Counted from the stretch's first letter, positions 25,530 to 39,358 are shown. The stretch: 64,000 bases of DNA from Cycas panzhihuaensis (GCA_023213395.1 CM041465.1:101873741-101937740), one strand, 5' to 3'. The notes: generated by a model not told the origin, from the sequence alone. Program-made: numbers and translations.

Positions 25530-28500
25530 TACCCTTTTGATTGAGACTTCTTTTATCTTTAACAAATCTCGTAGGTTTAAAAACTTGACTTCAGTCAATG
25601 GTTTAGTAAGGATATTGGCAACCTGTAAATCTGTATAACAATAAGATAAATGAATAATATTATCAGTAACAAGATTATGAATAAAATGTTGATGTAATTC
25701 TATATGTTTAGTTCTAGAATGAGTAACTAGATTGGTAGCAATAGCAATAGCACCTTGATTATCAACTTTAAGTTCTATAGAAGAGTTAGGAAACAGATCA
25801 ATTTCATTTAAAATAAATTTGATGCATAGTGTTTATTTGCTTGCTTCAACAAGTGCTTGATATTTAGCTTTTGTTGTTGATAATGTTAGAGCCTGCATTT
25901 TTCTACTAGACTAAGTAATAGGTGAGGAATCTAGGAAAAAAACATAACCAATTGTTGATTTATGGTCATTGGAGTCTCCTACCCAATTTGAATTAGTATA
26001 TCCTGTTAATGTCAGAGGATTATTGCAAAAGTTATAAGTTAGGCCATAAAAAATAGTATTTTGTAGATAATTAAGGATACATTTAGCGGCTTTCCAGTAT
26101 AATTCATATGGTTTTTGCATATATCGTGAACATAGAGCAATAACATAGGATATATTCGATCGAGTATGTGTTAGAAAAATTAGGTTGCTAATAAGCTACC
26201 TATATAATGTTAGATCACAAAAAGGTGTAGAACAATCAGTAGATAATTTTACTCTAGATTGTAAGGGATTAGAGACCAGTTTAACATTTTCCATGTTAAA
26301 TCATTTGATTAAGTCTACAATATATTTTGGTTGAGATATAGTTATTTTTGAATCATGTTGGTAAATTTATAATATGAGAAAATAGTGCAAAAGATCTAGA
26401 TAATTCATGTCAAATTTAGTAATCAAAATTGATTTTAGTTGATGAATATTGTTGATAGAAGATCATATAATAATGATATCATCAACATATAGAATTAATA
26501 TGGTAATATTCTTATCTTCGCGTTTAAAGTAGAGGTTTAGATCACTAATACATCTAGTGTATTAATTTTGAGTAAGATAATCATCTACTTTTATATACCA
26601 AGCTTGAGGAGCTTGTTTCAACCCATAAATTGATTTCTTTAACTTAAAAACCAAGTTAGGATTGTCAACAAACCAAGATGTTGAGTCATGTAGATTTCTT
26701 CTTTAAGATCACCATTTAAAAAAGTGCTCTTAATATCCATTTGATAGATTTTCCAACCAAATTTGGCTGTTAGAGCAATAACAGTTTTAATAGTATTCAT
26801 TTTTGTAATAGGGGCGAAGGTTTCATTATAATAGATACCATCAATTTATGAGAAACCTTTTACAACTAAGCAAGTTTTATATTTTTCAATAGCTCTTGTT
26901 GAATTGAATTTAGTTCGAAAAACCCACTTACAATTAACTATATTCTTTTCTGGTGGTAAAGTAATAAGATCCTAAGTTGAATTCTTTTTTAAAGCATCTA
27001 TTTTACCTTGCATGGCTTGTTGTCATATGGGATTGTTACTAGCTTATTTAAATGTTTTATGATCATCACTGGCCATTATTTTAGCCATTATTGTATAATT
27101 AGTTTGTAATTTTTGAGAATGTGTTTTCCTGGTATCTGAAGGATTACCTACGTTAGATCCAGTATGAGAAAGAGTTTTCTTTGCCCATATAGGTTGTTTG
27201 TTTGTAACAATTTCTGTAGTCATAGGTTGATCTGAAAAACTAGATTGAGAGGAAGGATCTATTGCGGTCGGATCAGATAGAGTCCAGTTCTAGACTTATG
27301 TGGATAAGGATTTTATCATTTTAGAGTCAGCTTATTTTTCTGAGGGGTCAACCAAATAAGTGTTAGTTAACAAATTCTCAATTGGGAGTTCTACATAAGT
27401 AGAATTTGATGTAGATCCTTCTTCATCAAATATTACATCATATAAGATCGAGATCTTATGTGTGATTAGATCTAGAAGTCTATATGCTTTGCTTTCTTCA
27501 CTGTAACTAACGAAGATGTATTTTAAACTTACAGGATCTAGTTTCTTACGTTTTCCTTTAGGAACGTGTCCCTACGTAATACTTCCAAAGATTCTAAGAT
27601 GTTTAACTAAAGGTTTACGACTATACTATTTTGTTCTAGCATAACATTCTTTAAGGTCTTACTAGGTAGATGATTTAGAAGATAGTTAGAGCAAGTAATT
27701 ACTTATACCTATAACTTTAGATTAAGATTCTTTGCATGTAGCATACATCATGTCATTTTGAGTAGAGTACGGTTTTTACGTTTAGCAACACCGTTTTGTT
27801 GTGAACTGTAAATAACAGAATGTTAAAATTGAATTCCATGTTTTTTGCAAAAGGAAATAAATTTGCTACTTAGATATTCTTTAGCATTGTCTAATCTAAA
27901 AATTTTAATTTTTGAGTTAGATTAATTTTCAACAAGTGTTTTGAATTCAATAAAGATGTCAAACACTTGGTTTCTAGTTTTGAGTATGTACACCTAACAT
28001 TTTCTTGAAAAACCATCAATAAAAGTGACGAAATAACAACTGCCAGAGTATGAAGTTACATGAAATAGTCCACATATATATCAGAGTGAACAAGTTCAAG
28101 TGGAACTTTTACTTTGAATTGGGTCTGATGTGGAAAAGGATCCATGTGTTGCTTACCTAATACACAGGTTTTACAAACACCATAGATAGTAGTTAGAGGG
28201 GGAAGTCCATGAACCATATCACGTCTTTTTATATAATGAAGTTTTCCATAGCTAGTATGACCAAACCGTACATGCCATAATTTACTAACTAGGTCAGATT
28301 TGGCTATAAAGGCACTAAAAGACTTTGTTTTAGTATTTTATAAACTAGTTAAGCTATAGAGACCTGCTTTATGATCAATAGGTCTAGAGACAATAGGTTT
28401 GAATTTATTTAAATGTTCTTTAATAATAAATTTATCTTTTTAGAATTCGACAATAAGGTCTTTCTGGTAGATTTGATAAACAAAAAGAAGATTTGGTAAC

Positions 28501-29717
28501 AAACTAAGCACGTAGAATACATCCTTGATTGAACCATCTTTCAGAGTGACATCACCTGATCCTTTCACTTTGAGTTGAGATCCACTCCCAAAAGAAATCT
28601 CTTCTTCAAAGTTAGTATCAGATTGATAAGTGGTTAAATTCTCCTGGTATCTTATCATGTGATAGGAAGCACCAAAGTCAAGAATCCATTGCGGTGGTAT
28701 ATTAGATGGAGCAACAAAGGTAGAGGTTGTAGCAGTTAAAGAACGATTATATGATTGGGGTCGAGATTGAATTCCTTTAAAATCTTTCCAAGCTTTTGAA
28801 GCTATTCTATTTCTACAGACATCAACAGTGTGGCATTTTTTGTGGCAATAAGAACAACTAATGTTCTGTGAAGGATTTATAGTGTTTCGATTTGGAACGA
28901 ACTATTTAGAGGTATTCTGGTATCTTGGTGGTCCAGAATACTTAGTATTATTTTGAGAAGTAGATGTTGGACCTCTTTGACACTTTTGAAACTTAGGATT
29001 GCTATTGTAATATTTTTGATGTTTAGTTTTATGTTATGATTTTGATTTTAAAAATAAAGCCTGAGAAAGATCCTTTAATTTTTCAGTTTGAATCAACATT
29101 GTTTGGTGTTCTATCAGTTGATTTATCAACTAATTGAAGGTTACTAGTTGATTACCAGCTTGTTGTTTACCAATCTTGAAAAGATTAAAATGCTTCGAAA
29201 GTTTGTTTATTGCCAAACGAACGAGTGTATCGTCGTCTTTGGCATGTGTGACTTTTTCTTCTTTATCACCTACTTTTATTGTAGATTTAATACAATTCTT
29301 TAATTCTTTGTTGATAAGTTAAATTTTGGATAAGAAATCTTTGACTTTAGAAAAGTCATCATATTTGAGGTCATATAATTATTGTTCTAGGACAGCTAAT
29401 AGTTGTGTGTCAACTTTGTCGTATTTTTCCTTAAGGGTTTTCCAGATGGTGGCAAGATCATCTGTATCAGAGAATTTCTGACTAATGTCTGGTGAAAGAG
29501 ATGATAGGATGGTGTCTAGGGATCCATCACAATTCATCAGATAGACCATATAGCTTTCTGATTTTTCGTCTTTTGGTTTTGTAAATTTACCTGTAACATA
29601 TCGCCATATCTTTTGTTGTTTAAGCTAATGGGATATTTGATTTTTCCACTTGGCATAATTTGAGCCATTTAAAACTAGAATTGGTATATAGGGGGTTGAA
29701 CTTGGTATGAGTACCAT
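25530..29717 (-). pseudogene. F gag-pol, disrupted
   Basis: ATG at 29717: MVLIPSS...LNGSNYAKW. CCHC near 28820-28860. Protease WILDFGASYHM. RT YVDD. RNase H 'TGYTNSNWVGDSNDHKST'. Confidence 0.93.
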
Positions 29718-29732
29718 TATGGATATAAAATG

Positions 29733-29824
29733 ATGATTAGAGATCCTCTTGAAAGAGGTTTTGACAGATTCGACTATAAATGATTAGAGATCCTCTTGAA
29801 AGAGGTTTGACAAATTTGACTATA
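29733..29824. repeat. Two tandem copies of a unit of about 47 bp just upstream of the F gag ATG
   Basis: atgattagagatcctcttgaaagaggttt(t)gaca.att.gactata occurs twice. Confidence 0.9.
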
Positions 29825-30644
29825 GGTGAATTAATAAATTAAATAGGTCACAAAACTCATTGATAACCACTGAACATTAAAGGTATCATTTAATTTTCCA
29901 TTAATGATTAATAGAGATGTTTAATCAAATATTTATGGCAGAGACATGAAAAGTTGCTTAAGGTCATTGCTGTTAATTTAGATAATTTGTTTAAATATCA
30001 TCCCCTTAGAGAAAATTAATGATAAATATTCCCCTTAATTTTGAAAAGGTATCACATTGATAAATGATTTAATTAAGAAATCAAGTTAATCTAAGAAATC
30101 CTAAAGTTTTACTATGGATTTATTAAATGATAGATAATTGGAGGGTTTATGACTATGAGCTAGCATTTAAATCATAGGGTTTAAAATTAAATAATTAAGG
30201 GGAGGGGGTTATTAATATTATGATTTAATTAAGTCATAAAAAAGTGGGGGGATTTACTCACTTTAAAAATTAACCATATTTGGTTTAGTTAAGTACTTAG
30301 TTTAAATTTATTAAATAATTATCCTAAGGAAATAACTAGTGAGGTGAAGAACCCTAATAAATACTTTAAATGGATAAATGAAGGTACTGATGGACAAATA
30401 TTGAAATAAATTCTATTAAATGTAAGGGAGAGGGGGGAATAAATCATTTAATTAAATGTTAAAATGTAATAAGGAGGGAGGTACTTTAAAAATGTGTATT
30501 TTTAATTAATTACATAATTAACCTAAAATTAACTAAGTTTTATTTAATTACTTATAAAATTTGAAACAAAAAAAGGGTGGGGGTGAAGGGGGAAAGGGTG
30601 GACCTGAATTAAATTTTACTAAACAAGAAAATTTTCTATTAAAC

Positions 30645-30648
<4 letters not shown>

Positions 30649-30674
<26 letters not shown>
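30649..30674. repeat. (AT)13 microsatellite in the F leader
   Basis: Read directly. Confidence 0.9.
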
Positions 30675-30682
<8 letters not shown>

Positions 30683-33499
30683 TTAATAATAGGTCCGTTA
30701 TTTGGTAACGAAACCCTACCTGGTTATGTCATTCATCATGGTGGCGGCTATGATGTTTTGATCGGCGTCGATCTTCTGGTCTTTCTCCTTGTGGCAGTCT
30801 GGCTTTTCAGGTCGAGGCAGCGATGATGGCTTAGTGTAGGTCGATGAAGGGGGTGCTTAGAGCTTTGTTTCTTTGCCAAAAACCTGTTTGTCTTCCACTG
30901 ACTCTCAGAGTAATGGTGTCTCAAGGTAGACAAGATGTGTGAGGATGCTTCGTTATAGATTTTATTTTTATTTTTTTGGAGAAGGACTATAGATTGTTAG
31001 AACGATGGTGGCCTTCTTATGGCTTAGCAAATCCGTCTTTCGAGAGTCAGTGCATGAGGAAGGACGTCAAGAATCTATTGAGATTCACTAAGTGGTATTA
31101 GCATCATTTGTGGTGGCATAGTGGTGTGAACAAAGGAGTGACAGTATGGACTTCAATAGTTGCAGGTTTTGTGACATACACACTGGCGAGGTTATCTTAA
31201 GGGCTTCTCACAGACCTCTTCCTTCTTCTAGATGTCTTACAGACCTCTATTTCCTTTTGGGCATTTCATAGATTGTCGTCTCCTTTTGGGCATTTCATAG
31301 ACTATCATCTTTTCCTAGTATTTCTTGATAATGGATTCCTATATTTGTAGTTTCGTCTGTTGGCTTGTCTTCTCATAAGGATATCATTCGGTCATCTTTG
31401 GATTTTTGGACTGAAATCACCATCTATTTTGAGTAGACATCTCAGCGAGTTGTAGTTTGGATCCTTTCAAGCTTGCCACAGTCTTCTTGAATCTCTTCCT
31501 TTCTAAAGCCATTTATGAGACAATGTTTTACTTGGAATGCATCATTGCCTTGAACTAGGGTTTGAAGAAAATTCTGAGGACTGGGCAAAATGTTGTGGGA
31601 CGATGTAAATCTGCATCTAGAACTGTGTAGGTATTCTTATAGTGTAGATGGTTGTGGGAAAGGGGCCACCCACAATCTTTCTTTACGTGCTATTTAGAAG
31701 GACCCTGTTTCAGCATTAATCTTCATATTAAATGCTGAAAGGCACTAGTTGACCCAACTCTGATACCATGTAGAAAATAGGTATCATATGCAACATCTAA
31801 ATCAAATATAAAGCATAGAATAGTGATAAAAAGACATTATACAAATACACATTATTGGCAGGTAGAAAACCCCTTCTAGGAAAGAAAAACCACCTCTTAA
31901 AGAGAAATTCTATTAGCTAAAAACCTTTACATAGCCATGAGAATTACACCTAAACAAGAATACCTTCTACATACCAGCCAAAGGTTTAAGACCAACCTTA
32001 AGACGGGCTTAGGACAACCAGATAGCCTCCAAATGTTCCTCCTAGATTCTAGGAGAGGGTTTTTAAGAAGTGAAAGGTTCGTTGAAATGGGCAGTTACCC
32101 ATTTCAACGAACTTTACATAATGAATAATAATTAAACATTATAACTTTATAACATTGACCTTTATAACATAAAAAGTAATATTAACCTTTCTAACAGCAT
32201 CAAATAATATTTCAAGTCACCACTATAAGTTTATTCTTTGTGTTGGCCACTCTACATGGTCATTGACTATCTAAAGTAAAATGCCCCTATGTGACCTCTT
32301 TAGGGTGAAATGGGATACACCCAAAATGGGCTTAAACTCTTCAATAATTTCCTAAGATTTGCTATGGGCTTGCAATATCATCAAGTATGCTATTTGGGCT
32401 TCATACAACTAATAACTACCCATAGTCCATTGCCATAACAGGGTTATTATGCTTGCATCTGCAATCCAATAACACTCATCTTATAGGTCATAACAATATT
32501 CACTTCATAGGTTACCATGACTTTATTTGGTGCCTGTAACTATCTCAACACTCAGTGAGATTATATCCATACATTTATTTTTTATCTCCCAATAGGAAAA
32601 AGAAAAAACTAAAAATAATGAAGATGTTGACTCACCATTAAATTCCCTACATGCAAATGTTTTAGGTTAGCCACATGCATAAACATCTCTCCACTAAATC
32701 AATTCAAGAAAAATCTCATTGTAGATTGAGATCCTAGTATCACAACATGTGCAACTCATCCCTATTCATAGCCATCTAGCATATGAAGCATAACTTGTGC
32801 AAATAAGTTCCATTGAAATGCCTCCAAACAAATATAATTAATGTATCTAAAAGATACAAACCATGGGCTTTGACAATTAAACCATAAACTCTTATGATTC
32901 AACCTTTACCTTTGAGCATTTAACCATGACCTTTGATGTTATACCCATTGGCTCTGATGAGGTAAAATATGAATAAAATATAAAAATACACAAATAAAAT
33001 ATGTATTATAATATAAGATAACAAGTATTAGGGAAAATAATTATATTTATTATTATATTATAAAAGAGTGCAAATTTATTAAAATAGTTCACCTCATTGA
33101 AGTCTAATAATATTATTAGTTGGTCAACAGAGCGAGGATGCATTAGGTTAGGAAATCTTAGGAGTCAAAGGAGGTCGTGGACTTGGTTAACCATCACAGA
33201 TTTAGAGGGGTGGAGATCCAGGGATTCTAGATGCAAGGGTAGCAAGGTCAAAGTTGCTCCCTTAGATAAAAAAGGAGAGCTACCATTACTCTAGATAAGA
33301 GAATGGACTTGTAGTCAGTTTCATGCTTCAGATTCTGGTGTAACAATGGGTGAGATGTATTTTTTTTAGTTTTGATGGAAGTGATATGTGTTTTGTTTAA
33401 TTGATGGAGGAAGTTGTGTATAAAAGGAACATGGAATCTATTTTAAATTAGACCCAACAGTCACTAAACCTAAATCAGATCCAATCTCCTCTGAGTGGG

Positions 33500-34800
33500 A
33501 AATCATATCTAGAAGCACTGAGAAATGAAGAAATGAAAACATTTAATATAAATCCAATCATTGATGAGGACTATATCTAAATCCCTATACTTAAGAGATT
33601 ATCAAACAGGATGGAGAAATATTGGGGTAATAGTCTAGTGGGACAATTTTCAAGCCCTAGGCCACGAGTCGATCCCATTAGGAAGTGGGTAACTTAGCGA
33701 TGGAAACTGAAAAGCCCAGTTGAGGTTATAGCACTCCCAAAAAGGTGCATGATTTTTAAGTTTACATTTCAAGAAGATACAGTTAACATCCTATTAAAAT
33801 CTCCCTTGATGATGGGAAGGAAGGCGATGCTCATGGAGAAATGGCATCTTGATTTTGATTCATCTGAGGGATCCATTAAATAAATACCCCTATGGGTTTA
33901 ATTACTAGGTCTCCCACTTCAAGCTTGGGATCTGGATGTAATTAAATGAGTAGCAAAGGTGATTGGACCCGTCTTGGCAGTGGACTCAGCTACTAAGAAT
34001 ATAAGTAGACTAGTAAATGCTAAACTCTGTGCTCTGGCTAGGATAGATAAACCCCTTCATGAGCGAGTGTTTATTGATGGATTCAGATGGAACAAAGAAT
34101 AGAAACTAGTGTATGAGACTAAAAACTTTAGATGTTCAAAATGTAAATGTTTGGGTCATCTACCTCCCAACTGCTTAGGTGAATCAAGGGTAGTTCCTCT
34201 GGCATCTCAAGATAAGGAAGATAAGAACAAGGATATAGAGGAGTAGGGTGGTCTTGGAGAGGGTTTAGAAGAGACAAAAAGGAATGAGGATACCCAAATA
34301 GAAGTTGTACATGAATCAAACCTACGAGACAATGGGTAGGATCTAAATTTAATAAAGGTAGGACGGGACCCAAGTCTAGATGAAGAAGATACTCTGTTTG
34401 AGGAAGGGGAGGTCGAATTGAGAACCCCCCTCCCCTAATCCCTCTAAAGATTCAATTTGAAGAGATCCATTATGGAGATATAAGCAAGGAGATTCACACC
34501 AAGGATATGAAGGAATCCTTTCAAAGGGTAGAAGAACCCACTCCAAACAAGCTAGAGAAATCTAAGAAGGTTTGGAAAGTTAGAGATTCTAGGACACAGG
34601 CAAAGAAATCAGATTACATCAAGGGTCTTGATTTTGGTAGTGAGAAGAGGCCTGGGAGGCCATCATCGAAGGTGCTGCGAGAAAGGGAAGCAACACCTTA
34701 GATAGATCAAGGGACACAATGAACCCTAAGGGATGGAGGAGGAGGATGGGGGCCTAAAATAAGAAGCAAGAAATGATGAGGTATGGGAGGAATGAAGGGG
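33500..34800 (+). pseudogene. LINE ORF1 (DUF4283-like region plus CCHC knuckle)
   Basis: 'WGNSLVGQF', 'PLWV*LLGLPLQAWD', 'FRCSKCKCLGHL...C'. Confidence 0.85.
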
Positions 34801-34805
34801 GCATA

Positions 34806-37800
34806 ATGAAATTAGCCTCCTAGAATATACAAGGCATAAATGCCCCATCAAAATATAGAATTGTAAAAGAAATATGAGGTCATATAAAGTTGGGCATTCT
34901 TCTTCTCCAAGAGACCAAATTGATAGCTGAGAACAAAGTAAACCTCGAGAATAGAGTATGGAAAATAGTAGAGTGGATTACTTCAGATGGAAGTAAGGGA
35001 GCTGGCAAATTATCTACCATGTGGAACCCTAGATGCTAAGAAGGGGAGGCTTGCATCTCAGAGGAACATTTCATATCCACTTGGCTAACCTGTAAAAAAT
35101 CTAATATCAAGTGGTTGGTTACAAATGTATATGCCCCCTTAACATAGGAGGGGATGAAGCGTTTATGGTTTAGGTCGCTGGAGGCCCATAAGGAGTGGTA
35201 TGGACCATGATAAGGGTGGCTAGATTAGTTGGACAAAAAGTATGGATACTTTGGAGGATTTCATATAGAAGGGAGGTCTAATGGATGTCCCACCAAGAGG
35301 CCCCAAGTTTACTTAGTCAAATAGAAGACTGGGTGCTAATCATATCCAGGTTAGATTGGATAGAGTGGTGGTTAATTATGCCTAGGCAAGCTAGCATAGC
35401 AACATTATTCTGGATGCCTTCCCAAAGACAATCTCAGACCACTCCCCCTTGGTGCTGGGATTTGATGATAACAAAGGACATATAGGAGTCCCTTTTCACT
35501 TTGAATTGATGTGGATAAAGGATTTAGGCCTTCGTAATCTGATTACTGAATGGTAGTAGATTCTGGTACAAGGATGTGTGATCCTCAAGTTCTCAAAAAA
35601 ACTAAATTGGGTGAAGTGTTAGGTCAAAGTGTGGAATAAGACAACCCATGGGGACATCTTTAATATTAAGATCCTGATGCTGGAGAAATTAAAGGATCTA
35701 GAGGAGTGAATTTAGGAGCAAGGGAGGACTCCTTCCTTAAATTAGAATGAAAGGGGTCTTCTTACTAAGATGGAGGGTGTTTTGGCTAAGGAGGAAATGT
35801 TTTGGAAACAAAAATCTAGAGCCTTGTGGCTTGATAAAGGAGATAGAAACACGAAATTCTTCCATATGATAACACTAAAGAATAGAGCATGCAATTAAAT
35901 TAAAGCTTTGGTTAATAAGGATGGGGAGGATATATCAAAGAAGAAATCTATAAAGGAAGTAGTAGTCGAGTATTTTAATGAGCTATTTAAGGAACTAAAC
36001 TGCACAGATGAGGAAGCCAGAAGGGAGATGCTGGAATTAATCCCTAAGAAGGTCAGAATGGGCATGAATAGAGCTTTAGAAGCATCTTTCTTAATGGAAG
36101 AGGTGAGGAATGTTATATTTGGTATGAAGAGGGATAAAGCCCCTAGACTTGATGGATTCCCTCCTAGCTTTTATCAGGAATATTGGGACATCATTAAAGA
36201 TGACCTCTTAGAAGTTATGAAAGAATTCTCAGAGAATGGGAAGATTCATGGAGAATGGAAGGCCACTTTTTTGGTTCTGATCCCAAAGAAAGATGATGCT
36301 AAGAGAATGGAGGATTTCAAGCCTACCGGTTTATGTAATGTGAAGTACAAAATTTTAGCTAAGATCCTAGGTAATAGGCTTAAGGAAATTCTCCCTTTGA
36401 TCATAGGCCCAAATCAGGATGGATTTGTAAAAGGAAGATAAATTCTAGATGGTATCATTGTGGTCTATGAGACAATGCACTCTACCTCTCAGAGGAAAGA
36501 GGCTGGTATAATAGTCAAGATTGATCTTTCAAATGCCTATAACAGGGTCTCGTGAGGGTGCTTAATAGAATGTATTAGAGCCTATGGCTTTGGCGAACAA
36601 TGGAGGAAATGAATTGAGAGTTGTATCAACAAGTCAAGTTTCTCAGTGATTATTTACGACACTTCTTATGCCTTCTTTCTGGGCTATAGGGGCCTGAGAC
36701 AAGGGGAACCTCCGGCTCCATACTTATTTATCATCATGGTTGAATTGATAGGCAGTCCATGGAGGAGGCCAAGAGAATTAGCAAGATTATAGGCTTAAGA
36801 CCCACCTCGGGTGTTGAAAATATAGTCCATCAACATTTCGTAGATGACAACATCCTACTGAGCAAGGCATCTATAAAGAAAGTAAAATCCATCAAGACAG
36901 AGCTGGAAAAGTTTAAGGTAGTAATGAATCAGAAGAGTAACATTTTCTTTTTGAACACTCTAGAGAGGACCTAAAGAGCTATTAATAGGATCCTAGAAAT
37001 GCCAACTAGGTCACTCCCTAGTTGGTACCTTGGAATGCCTCTATTTATAGGAAGAATAGAGAAGGACTTCTGGAACTTGATAATTAGCTGAGTACAAAGG
37101 AAATTAGTGGGTTGGAAGGGGTCCTTATTGAGCCAAGCAGGGAAACTCTAACTTTTGGTGGCCTCCCTCCAGAACATTTCTACTTACATGATGTCTCCCT
37201 TTAGGTGCTCAGAAAAGGTCATAAGTGCCCTAGAATCTATTCAGAAAAGGTTTTTATGGTCTAGGGCTAAGGATAAGGAGAGGATCCATTTAGTGTCATG
37301 GGAGAGAGTATGCCTCCCTAAATGAGTAGGTGGTTTGAATGTCAAGGATATAGCTAGTTTCAATAAAGCCTTGATCACCAAATTGGGTTGGAGCCTTACT
37401 GTAAAGGAAGATAGTTCCTGGTACAAGATTGTTGCCTAAAAATATCTTAGAGATAATCAGTACTTGAAACACAATACCCCAGGTAAGAAGGGTTTGACAA
37501 TCTGGACGAGTCTAGTTTATGCGAGGAAGATGTTAGCACTAGGGGTTCACCGGTGCCTTGGGAATGGAAAGATAATTGACTTCTAAGAGGATATATGGTG
37601 TGGCTAGACCCAACTAAATAAAAGATCATCCCTTATGCCTATATAGGTTATCTGTGAAAGTAATTATAAGAAAAAGATGGAGGGTTACTAGGAGGTCCGT
37701 GATGATAGGAATGTATGGAAACTTTTTGAAGAAATCCCTCATGAAAGTGCTAGAGAGTAGTATAAGGCATCCCTCAAGAAGGAGATAAATAAAATGTATA

Positions 37801-38930
37801 TTCCTAGATTCCCTAAAAATGAGTCAATGGTTTGGCTCGGGTCCCCCTTAAGGAACTACACAGTCAAATTAGGTTACTTATTTCTGATATCTGAGAAAGC
37901 TATAAGTGAAGAGAAGCTACTTGGAGGAATTTAGAGCATGGGATTAATCCCAAATATTGTTATATTTTAGTGGTTATGCCTCAAGAATAAGATTCTCACC
38001 CTAGATAATTTAAGAAAGAGAGATTTCTTACTATCAAATAGATGTACTCTCTATCTTTAGGAGTAGGAGACCTTAGATCATATTTCTATACATTGCCCCT
38101 ATACTTGAGAGGTGTGGACAAAGTTATGGAGCTCCTTCAGGGTATCTTAGGTCCTTCCTAGGACTGTGAAGGACCTAGATACTGCTTGGGTAAGCCCTTA
38201 TAGGAGTAGGACCTTGAGCTCCTTGTGGTTAACCTCCTTACCCATACTATTATGGAATATTTAGAAAGAAAGGAATAGGTGTACCTTTCAAGATAGAAGT
38301 TTGAATGAAGCAAAACTATTAGGGATCATTAAGGTAGCTCTGAAAGAGTCCCTCAAGGAAAAGGAGGAAGGTTTAACTTTGCCTGAGGAAAGGAAGATTC
38401 TAGCAAGCTGGGACATAGTGAACCTCAAACAAAAGGCAGAAACTAAGAGGCAAGGAGCATGAAGCCTCCCACTAGAGAATTGGGTTAAAGTTAATTTTGA
38501 CGGTGCATCCAAAGGTAACCCTAGTGAGGATGGGGGAGGTGGGTTATGCAGAGATAGAAATGGTAAGGTGCTTTGGGCCTTTGCAGAATATTATGACATT
38601 CAGATAAACCATAGGGCAGAGCTTGAAGTGATGGGAAAAGCTATGGATTTAGCTACCTATGAGGGCTACCTGAAATTTATAGTGGAAGGGGATTATCTAA
38701 ACATGATAAAATTGATTAAAGGAGAAGTTATGCCATACTAGAAGCATAGGGCCATGATTAATGATGTTAAGGTGACACTTCAAAGGAGAGAAAATGCCCA
38801 GATGGATCACATCTACAAGGAGGGAAATGAGGTAGTAGATTGGCTGGCAAATTAGGGGGTTCAGTTTAGGAGGAACATAGTGTGGAGGGGTGATTTCCCT
38901 GAGGAGATGATGGGTCTAGTCAGGTAGGAT
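34806..38930 (+). pseudogene. LINE ORF2: APE endonuclease, RT, zf-RVT and C-terminal RNase H
   Basis: 'MKLAS*NIQG', 'LQETK', 'NVYAP', 'SDHSP', 'GDRNTKFFH', 'KAPRLDGF', 'HFVDD', 'VKVNFDGASKGNP', 'HIYKEGNEVVDWLA'. Confidence 0.95.
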
Positions 38931-39338
38931 ATGGGGGGCATAAGCTCTAGCTGAGTTTAGGATGTATAAAGCTAGCCATAGGGCTTATCATGGCTAGGGG
39001 AGACTATAGAATGATAGATGGAGATCCTATGGATAGCTAGGTTATGGGATTATCGTGATGGATCTATCTAGTTGATAATGGTAGTCTTTGTATAGGGGTT
39101 AGGGTCCCCTTTTAATCCCCTCATTTATTTAGACCATATCAAAAAAAAAAAGCCTAATAATATTAAAAAACCTTTAAAATAGCCTATAAGAATATAGAAA
39201 GATATGAGCTTTGAACATACATTTTAATAATCCTCAAATAAATATTTATATATATATACAACTATTTGAGCACATTATTTAAGAGATGGCTATTATAATA
39301 ATCATGGATTAACTATCAATAAATAATATTATACAATA

Positions 39339-39358
39339 GAGGGTACATGGAAGATTGC
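39339..39358 (+). pseudogene. Host Z piece 4: RT 'EGTWKIA' (DTWKTAF motif)
   Basis: Continues piece 3 in frame across the gaggg TSD; very short. Confidence 0.6.

Larger units (their letters stand above)
25040..32196 (-). mobile_element. Ty1/copia LTR retrotransposon F, full length, nested in E
   Basis: 428 bp LTRs at 25040-25467 and 31769-32196, with 4 transitions in the first 60 bp. PBS actctgatacca at 31757-31768. PPT tccccct at 25468. TSD gcata/gcatc. Confidence 0.97.
33116..39149 (+). mobile_element. L1-clade LINE G, apparently full length, inserted in the 5' LTR of E
   Basis: 16 bp TSD aagtctaataatatta (33100-33115) / aagcctaataatatta (39150-39165). Short poly(A) from 39141. The uninterrupted partner LTR has one copy of the target. 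Confidence 0.96.
23412..39338 (-). mobile_element. Non-autonomous LTR element E (about 2.7 kb without inserts; no recognisable coding sequence)
   Basis: 3' LTR 23412-23838 followed by PPT ctcccc. 5' LTR about 32957-39338, split by LINE G and missing about 80 bp next to a truncated PBS (gctctgat). Perfect TSD gaggg (23407-23411, 39339-39343). Confidence 0.85.

Noticed and set aside
32951-32985. CTGATGAG hammerhead-core-like string in non-autonomous E (retrozyme?)
   Set aside because: It is the junction of a truncated antisense PBS (ctctgat) with a deleted LTR end. It lies on the non-sense strand, has no stem II/GAAA, and is absent from the partner LTR.
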